Shown in pieces: positions 19,718 to 30,138 of a DNA stretch of 64,000 nt; the first letter of the stretch is position 1; every line of letters begins with the position of its first letter. The notes under the pieces were generated by a model. It saw nothing but the letters and a program-made list of their open reading frames with translations. It was not told the origin of the DNA and searched no databases. The stretch spans positions 800,001 to 864,000 of the forward strand of contig CBDCWC010000003.1 of NCBI GenBank assembly GCA_965223295.1, written 5' to 3'. Source of the DNA: Nitrospirales bacterium. Its GTDB lineage: Bacteria > Nitrospirota > Nitrospiria > Nitrospirales > UBA8639. The translations under genes and the position numbers were made by a program.

Positions 19718-20740
19718 ATGGCATGGGAACCTAAAGATCCGTGGGGCGGCAGCGGGCAAGATCCACTTGATGAGGCGTTGCGCAAAGCCCAAGATCAAAT
19801 CAAAAATCTCGTTCCAGGAAAAGGTTTTAAATCTGTTGTCTATATCGTGATTGCCGTTCTAGCCCTTTGGCAATCGGTCTTTATCGTTGCCCCGGACGAA
19901 CAAGGACTCGTGAAACGATTTGGGGACATTGTCCGAGTTGTCGAACCCGGCCCTCACTTTAAAATTCCTTTTGCCGAAACGGTTGACACCCCGAAAGTTG
20001 AAAAACTGCATCGAGTGGAAGTCGGATTCCGAACCGATCGAGGCCGCACAAGATTTGTGCCACGCGAGGCACTGATGCTGACAGGAGATATGAATATTAT
20101 CTCTCTCGAATTTATTGTCCAATATAAAATTAATGAAGCAAAAAACTATCTCTATCAAGTCGCGAATGTAGAAAACACGATTCATAATGCCGCTGAAGCC
20201 GCCATGCGGGAAGTCATCGGCAAAAGTAAAATCGACGAGGCCTTGACAGTCGGAAAAGCCGAGATTCAGCAAAATGCCCAGATCTTGCTTCAGGGCATCC
20301 TTGATCAATACAAAGCTGGCGTGCAAATCCAGACAATTCAGTTACAAGATGTGAATCCTCCAGAAGCCGTGGCTGCTGCGTTTAAAGATGTCGCCAGCGC
20401 CAAAGAAGATCGGGAAAAACTCATTAATCAAGCGCATGGGTTCCGCAACGATCTTATTCCCAGGGCCAAAGGGGAAGCGGCTCAGGCCATCAATCAAGCC
20501 AAAGCCTATGCCCAATCCCGCATTAACCGTTCAGAGGGGGAAGCCAATCACTTCCTGCAAACCTTAAAAGAATACAAACAAGGAAAAGACGTGATTAGTA
20601 AACGCGTATATATTGAAACGATGGAAAAAGTCCTCTCTAAAACCGAAAAAATTATTCTGGATACCAATGCGGCAAAAAGCATATTGCCCTACCTTCCCTT
20701 AGACCGGCTCGGGAAATCCCGTGGAGGGAGCGCACAATGA
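19718..20740 (+). CDS. hflK: FtsH modulator HflK
   Basis: MAWEP..PWG N-terminus, SPFH domain, MLTGD.NI, AFKDV..AKED. Confidence 0.93.
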   Translation: MAWEPKDPWGGSGQDPLDEALRKAQDQIKNLVPGKGFKSVVYIVIAVLALWQSVFIVAPDEQGLVKRFGDIVRVVEPGPHFKIPFAETVDTPKVEKLHRVEVGFRTDRGRTRFVPREALMLTGDMNIISLEFIVQYKINEAKNYLYQVANVENTIHNAAEAAMREVIGKSKIDEALTVGKAEIQQNAQILLQGILDQYKAGVQIQTIQLQDVNPPEAVAAAFKDVASAKEDREKLINQAHGFRNDLIPRAKGEAAQAINQAKAYAQSRINRSEGEANHFLQTLKEYKQGKDVISKRVYIETMEKVLSKTEKIILDTNAAKSILPYLPLDRLGKSRGGSAQ

Positions 20741-21594
20741 AAAGCAATCTCATCTTTGGAATTATTTTCGTGTTAGGGCTTCTGATTACGTTGGGGCTTT
20801 CCCCTTTTTTCATCGTGGATTTAACAGAATCAGCCATCGTCGTGGCCTTAGGTAAACCCGTTCGGACGATCACCGAGCCGGGCCTCAAGTTCAAAATCCC
20901 CTTCTACCATCAAGTCACATTCTTTGATAAACGGTATTTGGATTATGACGCCCCTGCCAGAGATGTTATTACCAGTGACAAGAAATCTATGGTCATCGAC
21001 AATTTCGCCAAATGGCGAATTGTGGATCCTCTGAAAGTCTATCAGGCCTTTCAAACGCAACGCGGCGCCCTTCAACGGTTAGACGATATTGTCTATTCAG
21101 AACTTCGAGTGGAACTGGGACGGCATGAATTGGCGGAAATTGTCTCAGCGAACAGGGCATTAATCATGAAACTCGTTTCTGACCGTTCTAATGAGAAGGC
21201 TTCTGCTTATGGGTTAGAGGTCTTAGACGTGCGCATTAAACGCGCGGACCTTCCGGAACAAAATGAAAAAGCCATTTTTGCCCGGATGCAGGCGGAACGG
21301 GAACGGCAAGCGAAACAATACCGGGCAGAAGGTGAAGAGGAAGCTCAGAAAATTCGCTCTGAAGCTGAAAAAGACAAAGAGATTATTTTGGCGGAAGCTT
21401 ATAAAACCTCTCAAGAACTTCGAGGGGAAGGGGAAGCAAAAGCGTATAAAATCTATGCCGGGGCATACAAGCAAGATCCGCAGTTTTTTGAATTTGTGCG
21501 ATCCATGGAAGCTTATCGAAAAACCTTCACTAGCGATACGACGATGGTCCTCACCCCAGACTCAGAATTTCTCAAATTCCTCAAGAAACGATAG
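20737..21594 (+). CDS. hflC: FtsH modulator HflC
   Basis: SPFH domain, DVRIKRADLP, RMQAERER.A..YRAEG, FFEFVRSMEAY. Confidence 0.93.
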   Translation: MKSNLIFGIIFVLGLLITLGLSPFFIVDLTESAIVVALGKPVRTITEPGLKFKIPFYHQVTFFDKRYLDYDAPARDVITSDKKSMVIDNFAKWRIVDPLKVYQAFQTQRGALQRLDDIVYSELRVELGRHELAEIVSANRALIMKLVSDRSNEKASAYGLEVLDVRIKRADLPEQNEKAIFARMQAERERQAKQYRAEGEEEAQKIRSEAEKDKEIILAEAYKTSQELRGEGEAKAYKIYAGAYKQDPQFFEFVRSMEAYRKTFTSDTTMVLTPDSEFLKFLKKR

Positions 21595-21649
21595 ACGAAA
21601 ATCTTCGTCCTCTTTTGATCCATCCTTGTCGTTCACCGTTTATTAGCGC

Positions 21650-22309
21650 ATGGCGAACCCAGAACATGTTCAGCTATTGATCGACGGAGGCGTTGCCGAA
21701 TGGAATAAATTTCGTCGTAACTCTCAATCACCACAGCCAGACCTGAGTGGAGCTGATCTTTCTGGTTATGACTTTACAGGCCTTGATCTAAGCCATGCCA
21801 ATCTAGAGGGAACCGACCTCTCCGATGCCTATCTCTTTCGCGCCAATCTCACGGAAGCCAACCTGACGAAAGCGAACCTCACAGAAGCCGATATATTGGA
21901 AGCCAATTTCATCAAAGCCAATCTTTCTCATGCCATCATGGTGCACGTGGATCTCTCCGCTACAGGCTTAATTGCCTGTAACCTCGAAGATGCCAATCTT
22001 GAAAAATCTAATCTCACACGCGCTTCGCTTCCATGGGCCAATCTCACCGAAGCCAATCTTTCACAAACCAACCTGCATCTGACCGATTTACGTGAGGCGA
22101 AGTTAACTCGAGCCAACCTCCACACTGCCTCTCTTCAAGATACGTCTATCACCGGAGCCATTCTCGAAGAAGCCAACCTTCTTGGCGTAACCAACGTGTC
22201 CATTGATCTCCTCGCCAAAGCCAAGACCTTCTACCACGCCCAACTCGATCAGGACCTCAAAGGCCAACTTCTCCAGAACCACCCCCACCTCTTTGAACAA
22301 CCCAATTAG
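21650..22309 (+). CDS. Pentapeptide-repeat protein
   Basis: A(D/N)L-x-x repeats; MANPEHV..L..G..EWN.FR N-terminus. Confidence 0.9.
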   Translation: MANPEHVQLLIDGGVAEWNKFRRNSQSPQPDLSGADLSGYDFTGLDLSHANLEGTDLSDAYLFRANLTEANLTKANLTEADILEANFIKANLSHAIMVHVDLSATGLIACNLEDANLEKSNLTRASLPWANLTEANLSQTNLHLTDLREAKLTRANLHTASLQDTSITGAILEEANLLGVTNVSIDLLAKAKTFYHAQLDQDLKGQLLQNHPHLFEQPN

Positions 22310-22372
22310 TACGTCTGTTAGTGAGTATATGTTCCTTGGCTTTCCAGTAGTTAATTGTGTAATAGGCCTTAT

Positions 22373-22442
22373 GGGTCTGTTGATCGTCAACGACTTCCTG
22401 GCGAAATATGGCCTTTGATATCTTCATGATTCAACACTCCCC
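22373..22442. repeat. Stand-alone module-2 repeat (~70 bp)
   Basis: gggtctgttga...cttcctggcgaaatatggcc...tcaacactcccc. Confidence 0.65.
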
Positions 22443-22679
22443 TTATCTTATTTTCAGACCGATCTACACCTAGTCTGCTCCCTCGTTAAAAACCTGAGCT
22501 GCAACACGAGAGCCTTTGACTATTCGTTCCATTGTCAAACTCGATTAGTCCTCATCCCACCTACAATTGATAAAAGACGGGTTCCCCCTAGAAAAATATG
22601 AATAGACCTGCTATGTAATTCTTATTACATTCGAAGCTTTATCAATTTTGTCTCATTCCTTGCAGCAAGACCTCAGTCG

Positions 22680-24467
22680 ATGCGGATCAGCCCTTACCCT
22701 CCAACCTCTACCCAACGACTCTTTTTTCTAGGAGGATTTAGGTTCGGAGTCCAGACCTTTTTTCTCGTCTCGTTGACTTATCTTCTTGGATGGGGAGAGC
22801 CCCGTCTTCTCTTTGCTCAGCTTCCCCCAGTTATTGATCCAACTGGGCGTTCAGGGGAACCTCCAACTCTGGAAGACCAAAAACCCGAACTTACGCCGCC
22901 GACCGAATTCATCTTGCCTCCTGTTGAGACACTTCCCGAACTACAACCAGACCGAGTGCCACAGCTTCGAACCATGATCCGGACCATCCGTGTGGAGGGC
23001 AGCACGGTTTTTAAACCAGAAGAACTTAGGAAAGTAACAGCCAAGTACGAAAATCAAGAGCTTTCAACCGATGATCTTGAAGCCCTCCGTAAAGAGCTTA
23101 CCCTGTTATATATCAATAACGGGTACGTCAATTCAGGCGCAATTATCCCAGACCAATCCATTCAGAATGGCGAAATCACCTATCAGGTTATTGAAGGCAA
23201 ACTGACAGATATTCAGATTGACGGAACCAACTATTTTCTTCCTTTTTATTTCGAACAGCGCATTGCCCCAAGTACGGGTCCACCTCTCAATATTCGACCT
23301 CTTAAGGAACGTCTACAAATCCTCTTACAGGATCGACGGATACAGCGGTTAAATTCTGAATTAAAACCTGGACTCAAACCTGGAGAAGCTACTTTAGACG
23401 TGCGGGTAGAAGAGTCCTCACCCTTCCGAATCTGGGCGGAATTTAATAACTTTCAATCCCCCACAGTCGGTGCCGAACGCGGATTAGCCACCATTGCGGC
23501 AGATAATCCATTGGCCATTGGAGACCTTTTTCAATTGACCTATGGCCAGTCAAAAGGCGTCGATCCCTTACTGGATGTCAGATATTCCGTCCCATTGACT
23601 CCATGGGATACGACCCTAGAATTGCAATACCGGAAGAACGATTTCAATGTTGTCTCTTCAGCATTTAGACAATTAGACATCGACAGCAATTCCCAGATTT
23701 TCAAAGTGTCGTTGCGGCAGCCGTTGTATCGAACATTGACAGACGAGATTGCCATCTCCATCATCGGCGAACATCTTCAAAATCAGAATTTTATTGGTGG
23801 GACAGGATTCTCGTTTACCCCAGGAACAACAAGTAAAGGCAAGGCCAAAGTTTCAGCAATACGATTTGCTCAAGAATGGATCCATCGGCAACCCAACCAA
23901 GTGCTGGCATTCTTTTCACGATTCAGTGTAGGGATTGATGTGCTGAATGCCACTAATAATAGGATAGCCGAAGATGATCCAGATGCTCATTTTTTCGCCT
24001 GGTTAGGACAAGCCCAATGGGCACAGCGCTTAGATTTACTCGATATGCAACTCATCAGTAATTTGGCCTCCCAAATTGCTAATGACAGCCTTTTCCCTCT
24101 TGAGCAATTTGCCGTGGGCGGTCGCTACAGCGTCCGAGGGTACAGAGAGAACCAGCTTGTACGAGACAATGCCTTTCTCTTTTCCTTAGAATCTCGCATT
24201 CCGGTCCTGCCAGCAATCATCGGACCTCGAGTCAGCGTACATTTTGCCCCGTTCATTGATGTCGGTCGTTCATGGAATGCTCAGATCTCCACCCCAAGTC
24301 CCAAAACATTAGCCAGTATTGGAGCTGGCCTTCGCTTAGGATTCTTTGATCGTGCCTTTGCCAACGTCTATTGGGGTCAACAACTCAATCATGTCAGCGA
24401 GACCCCGCCAGGTGGCAATCTTCAAGACCATGGGGTCCATGTCCAGTTCATCTTAAACATTTTGTAA
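22680..24467 (+). CDS. TpsB (ShlB/FhaC/HecB) two-partner secretion transporter; start uncertain
   Basis: POTRA motif T.LY..NGYVNSGA, GG.YSVRGY loop, PFIDVGR, C-terminal beta-signal. Confidence 0.9.
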   Translation: MRISPYPPTSTQRLFFLGGFRFGVQTFFLVSLTYLLGWGEPRLLFAQLPPVIDPTGRSGEPPTLEDQKPELTPPTEFILPPVETLPELQPDRVPQLRTMIRTIRVEGSTVFKPEELRKVTAKYENQELSTDDLEALRKELTLLYINNGYVNSGAIIPDQSIQNGEITYQVIEGKLTDIQIDGTNYFLPFYFEQRIAPSTGPPLNIRPLKERLQILLQDRRIQRLNSELKPGLKPGEATLDVRVEESSPFRIWAEFNNFQSPTVGAERGLATIAADNPLAIGDLFQLTYGQSKGVDPLLDVRYSVPLTPWDTTLELQYRKNDFNVVSSAFRQLDIDSNSQIFKVSLRQPLYRTLTDEIAISIIGEHLQNQNFIGGTGFSFTPGTTSKGKAKVSAIRFAQEWIHRQPNQVLAFFSRFSVGIDVLNATNNRIAEDDPDAHFFAWLGQAQWAQRLDLLDMQLISNLASQIANDSLFPLEQFAVGGRYSVRGYRENQLVRDNAFLFSLESRIPVLPAIIGPRVSVHFAPFIDVGRSWNAQISTPSPKTLASIGAGLRLGFFDRAFANVYWGQQLNHVSETPPGGNLQDHGVHVQFILNIL

Positions 24468-24557
24468 CACGAAACCCGCATACTCCTTCCTCGACATCCT
24501 ACAAAAGAAGACAGAGAAGAGTCTCGGTGTTACGGACTCTCTGAAACTCATCATTAG

Positions 24558-24746
24558 GGGATTGTTGAATAATTCAATTTCAAATCCCGAAGATGCTCTC
24601 AGAGGGTAAGCGCCTTCAATCCGACGGGCCTGTTCAAAACAGTCCGTCCGGCAAGGCCGCAGCCCTTTTTGCGCGCGGAGCGTACACCCCCTACGTGAGC
24701 ACGAAAAAATGGCGAGAACGCCGCTGGCGGCTTTTTCAACAGGTCC
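24558..24746. mobile_element. Two-module MITE-like repeat, opposite orientation
   Basis: gggattgttgaataat...gcaaggccgcagc...gagaacgccgctggcggctttttcaacaggtcc. Confidence 0.7.
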
Positions 24747-24747
24747 A

Positions 24748-25470
24748 TTAAAAAGATGAAGAAGGCGAGGCTACCTGAATGCGTTGCCCCTTAGAGAGAA
24801 ATTTGGTGAACTCAAGCGCCGGAGTCAGATCCTGATCGGCAATCAGTCGTAAACGAGCGAGACATCCTCGTTGCGTCTGTCGGATAGCCAAATTCGAAAA
24901 AACATGCCGTGCGCGGAGATTATCTTCCTGACACGCTTCGCTTCCTATTCGACAGATAAGCGGATCTTGGCCATAATTCAGGATAGACATTTGCTGGGGC
25001 TGAATCCCTAACAGCAGCAAATACTGAGAAAGGGTCATGAGATGAAAGTTCGCCCTTGCCAGATTATAGGCTGAGGTGCCGCGGGGATCGCAATGTCCTT
25101 CGACCCGCAATTGCCATTCCGGTTCTTGCTGCAAGAATTCGATTGTTTGAAGAAGTAATCCTTTCAATCTGTCATGAATAACTTGTCGATGTTCATCGAA
25201 ATACACATCAGCCAACACTGGCCCATCTAACGCTTTTTGAGGCTGAGCTTGCCTTTCGTTGGCCCCTGGAACACCTGAGGTTTTAAACCTCAGAAGGCTG
25301 AAGGCTTCTTGAAGGTTTTCTAATTGAAGGAGAAAGGAGGAGGCCGGGGTATCACTTGGATGAGAAAGAGAAAGACCTGCGGCTACCACACACTCGCCGC
25401 CGATCAGAGTTAAGCTCAAGAAGCAGCCTAGTGAAACGTTCAACGAAAATCGACGCATCCGAATACACAA
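24748..25470 (-). CDS. OmpA/Pal-like domain protein (degenerate)
   Basis: DVYFD, LRVEGHCDPRGTSAYN, LNYG..P.C. Confidence 0.7.
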   Translation of the reverse strand: MCIRMRRFSLNVSLGCFLSLTLIGGECVVAAGLSLSHPSDTPASSFLLQLENLQEAFSLLRFKTSGVPGANERQAQPQKALDGPVLADVYFDEHRQVIHDRLKGLLLQTIEFLQQEPEWQLRVEGHCDPRGTSAYNLARANFHLMTLSQYLLLLGIQPQQMSILNYGQDPLICRIGSEACQEDNLRARHVFSNLAIRQTQRGCLARLRLIADQDLTPALEFTKFLSKGQRIQVASPSSSF

Positions 25471-25701
25471 AGAAAATCGAGTTCAGGGAAGATTCAAAAG
25501 GGTTGAAGGCGCCAAACCGCACATCCACCCTTCTGTAACCCGTATCGGATGGCCATGAAGAAACTTTATGCATGGAAGTCAAAGGGAAAAATTGGAAACA
25601 TGATTGAGTGAATATGGATTCCACTAGGCGCAACTACCGGTCTAGGCCACTGAAGTTGAAAGAGAAAATCAGGAGAGAACAATCGTGGGAGGGAAAAATT
25701 A

Positions 25702-25743
25702 GAAAAAGAAGCCTGTCCCCACTTTTGACTGTGGAGACAGGCT
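25702..25743 (-). terminator. Intrinsic terminator downstream of the DUF928 gene
   Basis: agcctgtctccac...gtggggacaggct followed by tcttttt on the minus strand. Confidence 0.7.
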
Positions 25744-25928
25744 AGGTAACTGAGGGTGCACAGAAAAGAGAGAAATTTCAGATCTATCTGATCTGGAAAT
25801 GCCTGACCAACGACCAGACTACTAGTCGCCGGGACGATTCCATTCTCCGACTTTCACCGCCCGAAAGCTAAAGATTCAGTCCTTCTACGAAAAAGACAAC
25901 TGTTCCTTCTCGCTCCCTCCAGCCACGG

Positions 25929-26756
25929 TTACAATCCACGTTGCCGATCAGTTTGAGCAACAGTATAGAGTTCAACTTGTTCAAGTAAGGTCGCACGAAT
26001 ATCATGCAGCTCCGATCGAGTCGGATTTTCTTGAATGCTCTGAGAAATCGTAGCCATGGCGTCGTACCAAAATCCTGCCTTGGCAAATAGTTTGGTCGCA
26101 TCGAGCGGATTCGCCTGCCTGACGTTTTCAGCCATCCCCTCTGGCAATCGATCCATTTCCAAGGTGCCGCCAGCAACAATATCTTGGGAGCGTTGAGCAG
26201 AATCAGGAATTAACGAGACAAACCATTGATAGGTTTTTCCTGTTTCAAACTTTAGGTCATACTCGGTTAAGGAAAGAATCTGAACGCCTGGTTCTAGAGG
26301 AGACGGCAACGGCACCTCAAGAAGAGGCTCTACTCCATCTCCTTCAACCACCGTAAATTCCAATGGGTACGACGTGGTTTTGGAAAGATACCAGACTAAC
26401 TGGGGCTGTTCTTCAGACGTCATCGCCACATGATCCGGAACGAGCGCATACAGAACAGGCACCTCGGACGGTCCCCGCGTTCCTCCACCGACCCGCCCCC
26501 CTGGCGCACCACGAGACGGCGGCTGATACAACGGCTCCGAAGGTTTTGAAGAAGCTACTGATTGATCATCAACGACTCGTACCAAAGCAAGTCCCTTCGG
26601 GTCTTGCTTCTCTTCAACCGTCTTTTCTGTAGACTGCGCAGATAACTCAGACGATCGCTGAGTTTGATCCTCCTCTCCTAATGCGAAAGTACTCAGCCCA
26701 ACTGTCAGTCCAATCACGGCCATTCCCCAGATTGCGCATAAGATCTTCATGATCAA
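25929..26756 (-). CDS. DUF928 domain protein with signal peptide
   Basis: PP.RGAPGGRVGGGTRG, ALVP, T..EQP.L.WY, L..GKTYQWFVS, A.AGFWYDA, LLEQV.L. Confidence 0.85.
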   Translation of the reverse strand: MIMKILCAIWGMAVIGLTVGLSTFALGEEDQTQRSSELSAQSTEKTVEEKQDPKGLALVRVVDDQSVASSKPSEPLYQPPSRGAPGGRVGGGTRGPSEVPVLYALVPDHVAMTSEEQPQLVWYLSKTTSYPLEFTVVEGDGVEPLLEVPLPSPLEPGVQILSLTEYDLKFETGKTYQWFVSLIPDSAQRSQDIVAGGTLEMDRLPEGMAENVRQANPLDATKLFAKAGFWYDAMATISQSIQENPTRSELHDIRATLLEQVELYTVAQTDRQRGL

Positions 26757-26846
26757 TTCTCCTTTTTTCCTCTTAGAGAAGCTATGCCTCCTAGAGTAAA
26801 GGTCGATTTGCTGGCCTATAGAGATGAATTCCTCATACTAGCTTAA

Positions 26847-26862
26847 CGCAAACTTTATTCCA
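26847..26862 (-). promoter_or_regulatory. sigma54 promoter for the DUF928 gene
   Basis: Minus strand TGGAataaagtTTGCG, GG-N10-GC. Confidence 0.5.
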
Positions 26863-27144
26863 AAAAGTAAGATGAAGCTTTATCCTGACAATTTCAAGGA
26901 AACGATATATTTTTCAATGAGTTAAAAAACCCGAGGTAAAAACAAGGTTACGTGCTCCAGAGAAAACTGTCTACATCGTGTACTGTTCGTTAATTGAAAA
27001 ACTGGAGCTTTCTCAAAAACCTCCTTGTTCATGATAGTCATGAGGGATGAGAAAACTCTGCAGACATTTTGACCTTATTCATCGTTGTTCCTAGAATACA
27101 GCTCTTCATAGTCATGTTCTTTTCGAGAAAGGACAATCAGACTG

Positions 27145-29469
27145 ATGACTAGCCAGCAATTATCAAAGTTTACATTTTCACAACTTGTCATACTCATATT
27201 GCTAGCAGGAATTCTTGGAAGCTGGAGCCTCCCAAGCTTAGTGATCGCAGAAACCCTTCAAAATGAACCCATGATCAATGGACATCAGGCCTACGAACAA
27301 GGGGACTTTAAACAAGCTGCTGAGATTTGGACAAAAGCTTCCGTCGATTTTCAGCAATCAGGTGATTCCGTTAACCATATTCAAGCCTTAATTTTTGCCT
27401 CCCGAGCACTGGCTGAGATGGGCAAAAAACATCGGGCCGAGCTTCTTTTGCAGACTGTGGTACACACCGCACAATCACAGGCTCAGCCACACTTAATGGC
27501 CCAAGCCCTAGGGCAATTGGGAGCACTACATGTGAAAGCCGGGGACGAAGAGGCCGGGCTCAAAATCCTTCAGGAAGGACTGACGATAGCCAGAGATAGT
27601 GAAAATCGCCATCTCATGGCCACTATACTGAATGACTTGGGTAACGCGCAGGCTGTGCTCAATAATTCCACCGGCGCTCTTGCCGCCTATACCGAGTCCA
27701 GCATTCTAGCTGACTCCCTCAACCTTCATTCATTGTCCATTCGGGCAATGGTGAATGCTGGCTTAATGGAAATAAAGACCGGAGCCTTCCCCAATGCCAC
27801 GATTCGACTGCAACAAGCTTCAGAAAAAACCATGAGCCTTCCCGACTCACATGAGAAAGTCCAAAATTTCCTTCTCATAGGGCAAGGCTTACAAGACATC
27901 AGCCACTTGGACAACGAAAATCGAGTGAGCCTCTTCACCCAGGCCAGCGAGGCTTTGCGCGCAGGGATCCGTTCAGCGAAAGCCATAGGGGACTGGAGAC
28001 AGGAATCCTACGGATGGAGTTTTCTAGCCAAAATGTACGAAGAGGAAGGGCGTCCCCAAGAAGCTTTCAAACTCACGCAATTAGCCATCCGCACGAGTCA
28101 ACAGGGAAATATCCCTGAAGCGCTCTACCAGTGGGAATGGCAAGCGGGACGGCACCTTAAACAGCTCGGCCAGCTCGATGAGGCGATCCTGGCCTACCAA
28201 CGCGCGATCGACACGCTTCAGCCCATTCGGCATGAGATCGTCTCGACTCTTCCCAAGCACCCAGAGGCCTTTAGAGAAAACGTTGGAGCACTCTTTTTTG
28301 AAATGGCCGACGCCTTACTGGAACAGACCGACCAATTACCAGACGGTCACAAACGGGAGAAACTTCTCTACCAAACCCGGGACACGCTCGAGACATTCAA
28401 GGCCGCTGAGTTGCAAGACTACTTCAAAGACGATTGCGTGGAGGTGAATCAGGCCCGCATTCAGCCTATTGATCGCATTGCCCCCAACACAGCCATCATC
28501 TATCCCATCGTGTTTCAAGATCGCACAGACATCCTTGTCAGCCTGGCGGGAACCATCAAACGGATTACCGTTCCTATATCTGAAGAGGAATTCACTCAAC
28601 ACATCGACCGTTTTCGCACCTTGCTAGAAAAACGCACGACACACCAATACCTCCCACATGCGCAATCCTTATATAATTTGCTGATACAACCATTAGAATC
28701 ATCTCTCAAAGAATTCAACATACACACGCTTGTCTTTGTGCCTGATGGCCCCTTGCGGACCATCCCGATGGCCGCCTTGCACAATGGCGATCAATTTCTC
28801 ATTCAACAATACGCCGTAGCGACGACACCCGGAATTACGCTCACAGACGCACGCCGGCTGGATCGCACACAAGTCAATCCCCTCTCCCTAGGCTTATCCA
28901 AAAGTGTTCAGGGATTTTCTGCCTTGCCCAATGTCCAGAGGGAAATCCAAGAGATCCAAAATCTTTTTGGAGGTACAGCCCTGCTCAATGAAGAATTTCT
29001 CGCACCGAATATTCAACGAGAAATGAAACAGGAGAACTTTACCGTGGTCCACATCGCATCACATGGAAAGTTTGACCAAAACCCGCAAAACTCCTATGTG
29101 TTGGCCTATGATGAAAAACTCACGATGAATCAGTTAGTTGAATCCATCGGCCTCTTTCAATTCCGACAAACCCCTTTAGACTTGCTATCGTTAAGTGCAT
29201 GCGAAACCGCTACAGGAGATGAACAGGCCGCATTGGGGCTCGCAGGTCTGGCTATTAAGTCTGGGGCCCGAAGCGCATTGGCGACTCTCTGGTTCATTAA
29301 CGATCAAGCCTCGTCGATGCTCGTACATCATTTCTACACCCATTTAAAACAGTCCGCCTTTTCAAAAGCCCAGGCCCTCCGTGAAGCCCAAATGACACTT
29401 CTGGACCATTCAATCTATCGCCACCCCAGCTACTGGGCACCCTTTCTCCTCATCAACAATTGGCTCTAA
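27145..29469 (+). CDS. TPR-CHAT (caspase-like) protease with N-terminal signal/TM
   Basis: TPRs; LVFVPDGPL..IPMAAL; catalytic HIASHG and LSACETA; ATLW; HPSYWAPFLL. Confidence 0.92.
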   Translation: MTSQQLSKFTFSQLVILILLAGILGSWSLPSLVIAETLQNEPMINGHQAYEQGDFKQAAEIWTKASVDFQQSGDSVNHIQALIFASRALAEMGKKHRAELLLQTVVHTAQSQAQPHLMAQALGQLGALHVKAGDEEAGLKILQEGLTIARDSENRHLMATILNDLGNAQAVLNNSTGALAAYTESSILADSLNLHSLSIRAMVNAGLMEIKTGAFPNATIRLQQASEKTMSLPDSHEKVQNFLLIGQGLQDISHLDNENRVSLFTQASEALRAGIRSAKAIGDWRQESYGWSFLAKMYEEEGRPQEAFKLTQLAIRTSQQGNIPEALYQWEWQAGRHLKQLGQLDEAILAYQRAIDTLQPIRHEIVSTLPKHPEAFRENVGALFFEMADALLEQTDQLPDGHKREKLLYQTRDTLETFKAAELQDYFKDDCVEVNQARIQPIDRIAPNTAIIYPIVFQDRTDILVSLAGTIKRITVPISEEEFTQHIDRFRTLLEKRTTHQYLPHAQSLYNLLIQPLESSLKEFNIHTLVFVPDGPLRTIPMAALHNGDQFLIQQYAVATTPGITLTDARRLDRTQVNPLSLGLSKSVQGFSALPNVQREIQEIQNLFGGTALLNEEFLAPNIQREMKQENFTVVHIASHGKFDQNPQNSYVLAYDEKLTMNQLVESIGLFQFRQTPLDLLSLSACETATGDEQAALGLAGLAIKSGARSALATLWFINDQASSMLVHHFYTHLKQSAFSKAQALREAQMTLLDHSIYRHPSYWAPFLLINNWL

Positions 29470-29807
29470 CAAAGACTCAGGGTCCAATGACCCTGACGCT
29501 GAACATATCTACCCGGTCGGTCTCCTACCCTTCGAGAGCACGCCTTCTTTAGCCTCCTCTAGCCCTAACATTTCTTAACTCCAATCTTCTATAAACCCTG
29601 CTCATCCAAAAACTACAAGCTTTTGCCGACGTAAACTAATCGGCTCTACAACATACGCTCTGACTGCTCCTAACGTAGACAGACTGACAACCTTGTTTCC
29701 ATATTTTTTCACTAGTCTTATGAAAATACGAGACTCTCTAGGCGCGGAGCCAATATAACCTATTGAAAGTAAAGGACTGTAAGAATTCAGGGGTGCGCGA
29801 GCGAGAA

Positions 29808-29823
29808 AGGCACTAAGCTTGCT
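29808..29823 (+). promoter_or_regulatory. sigma54 promoter
   Basis: AGGCACtaagcTTGCT, GG-N10-GC. Confidence 0.55.
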
Positions 29824-29895
29824 CTATTTGACCGATGAGAAACTCTTCAGGGCCACGAGTTAGTATATTAGATACCCCTTTTCAAGGGATTCCAA

Positions 29896-30006
29896 GTGCA
29901 ACTCTCCGACATCTATCAATATATTTTTTTAGGTATTTGCTTTCTATGCTTCATCATCCTGGGCATCGCCTGGTACGTGCTTCTCAGCAATCGTAATAAA
30001 AAATAA
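29896..30006 (+). CDS. 36-aa single-TM small protein (MQLSDIYQYIFLGICFLCFIILGIAWYVLLSNRNKK)
   Basis: AAGGGA RBS, GTG start, hydrophobic helix with basic tail, downstream of a sigma54 motif. Confidence 0.5.
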   Translation: MQLSDIYQYIFLGICFLCFIILGIAWYVLLSNRNKK

Positions 30007-30138
30007 CAGCCCCATCATCAAAACACGCCATCGCCATCTCACCCCTCGTTATTGTCATCCACCATTATCCTCGCCCCCGTCGGCACGGAATTGCCCTTCG
30101 CGCTTCCACATGTTATAACATAGTAATAACACAAGGAG

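Noticed and set aside
27145-29469. TPR-CHAT as an anti-phage (Craspase or gasdermin-linked) protease
   Set aside because: It has an N-terminal export signal, and no Cas7-11, gasdermin or STAND neighbours are present
30081-30094. sigma54-like CGGCACGGAATTGC upstream of mazE
   Set aside because: GG-to-GC spacing is 9, not 10; a sigma70 TTGCCC-17-TATAAC fits better
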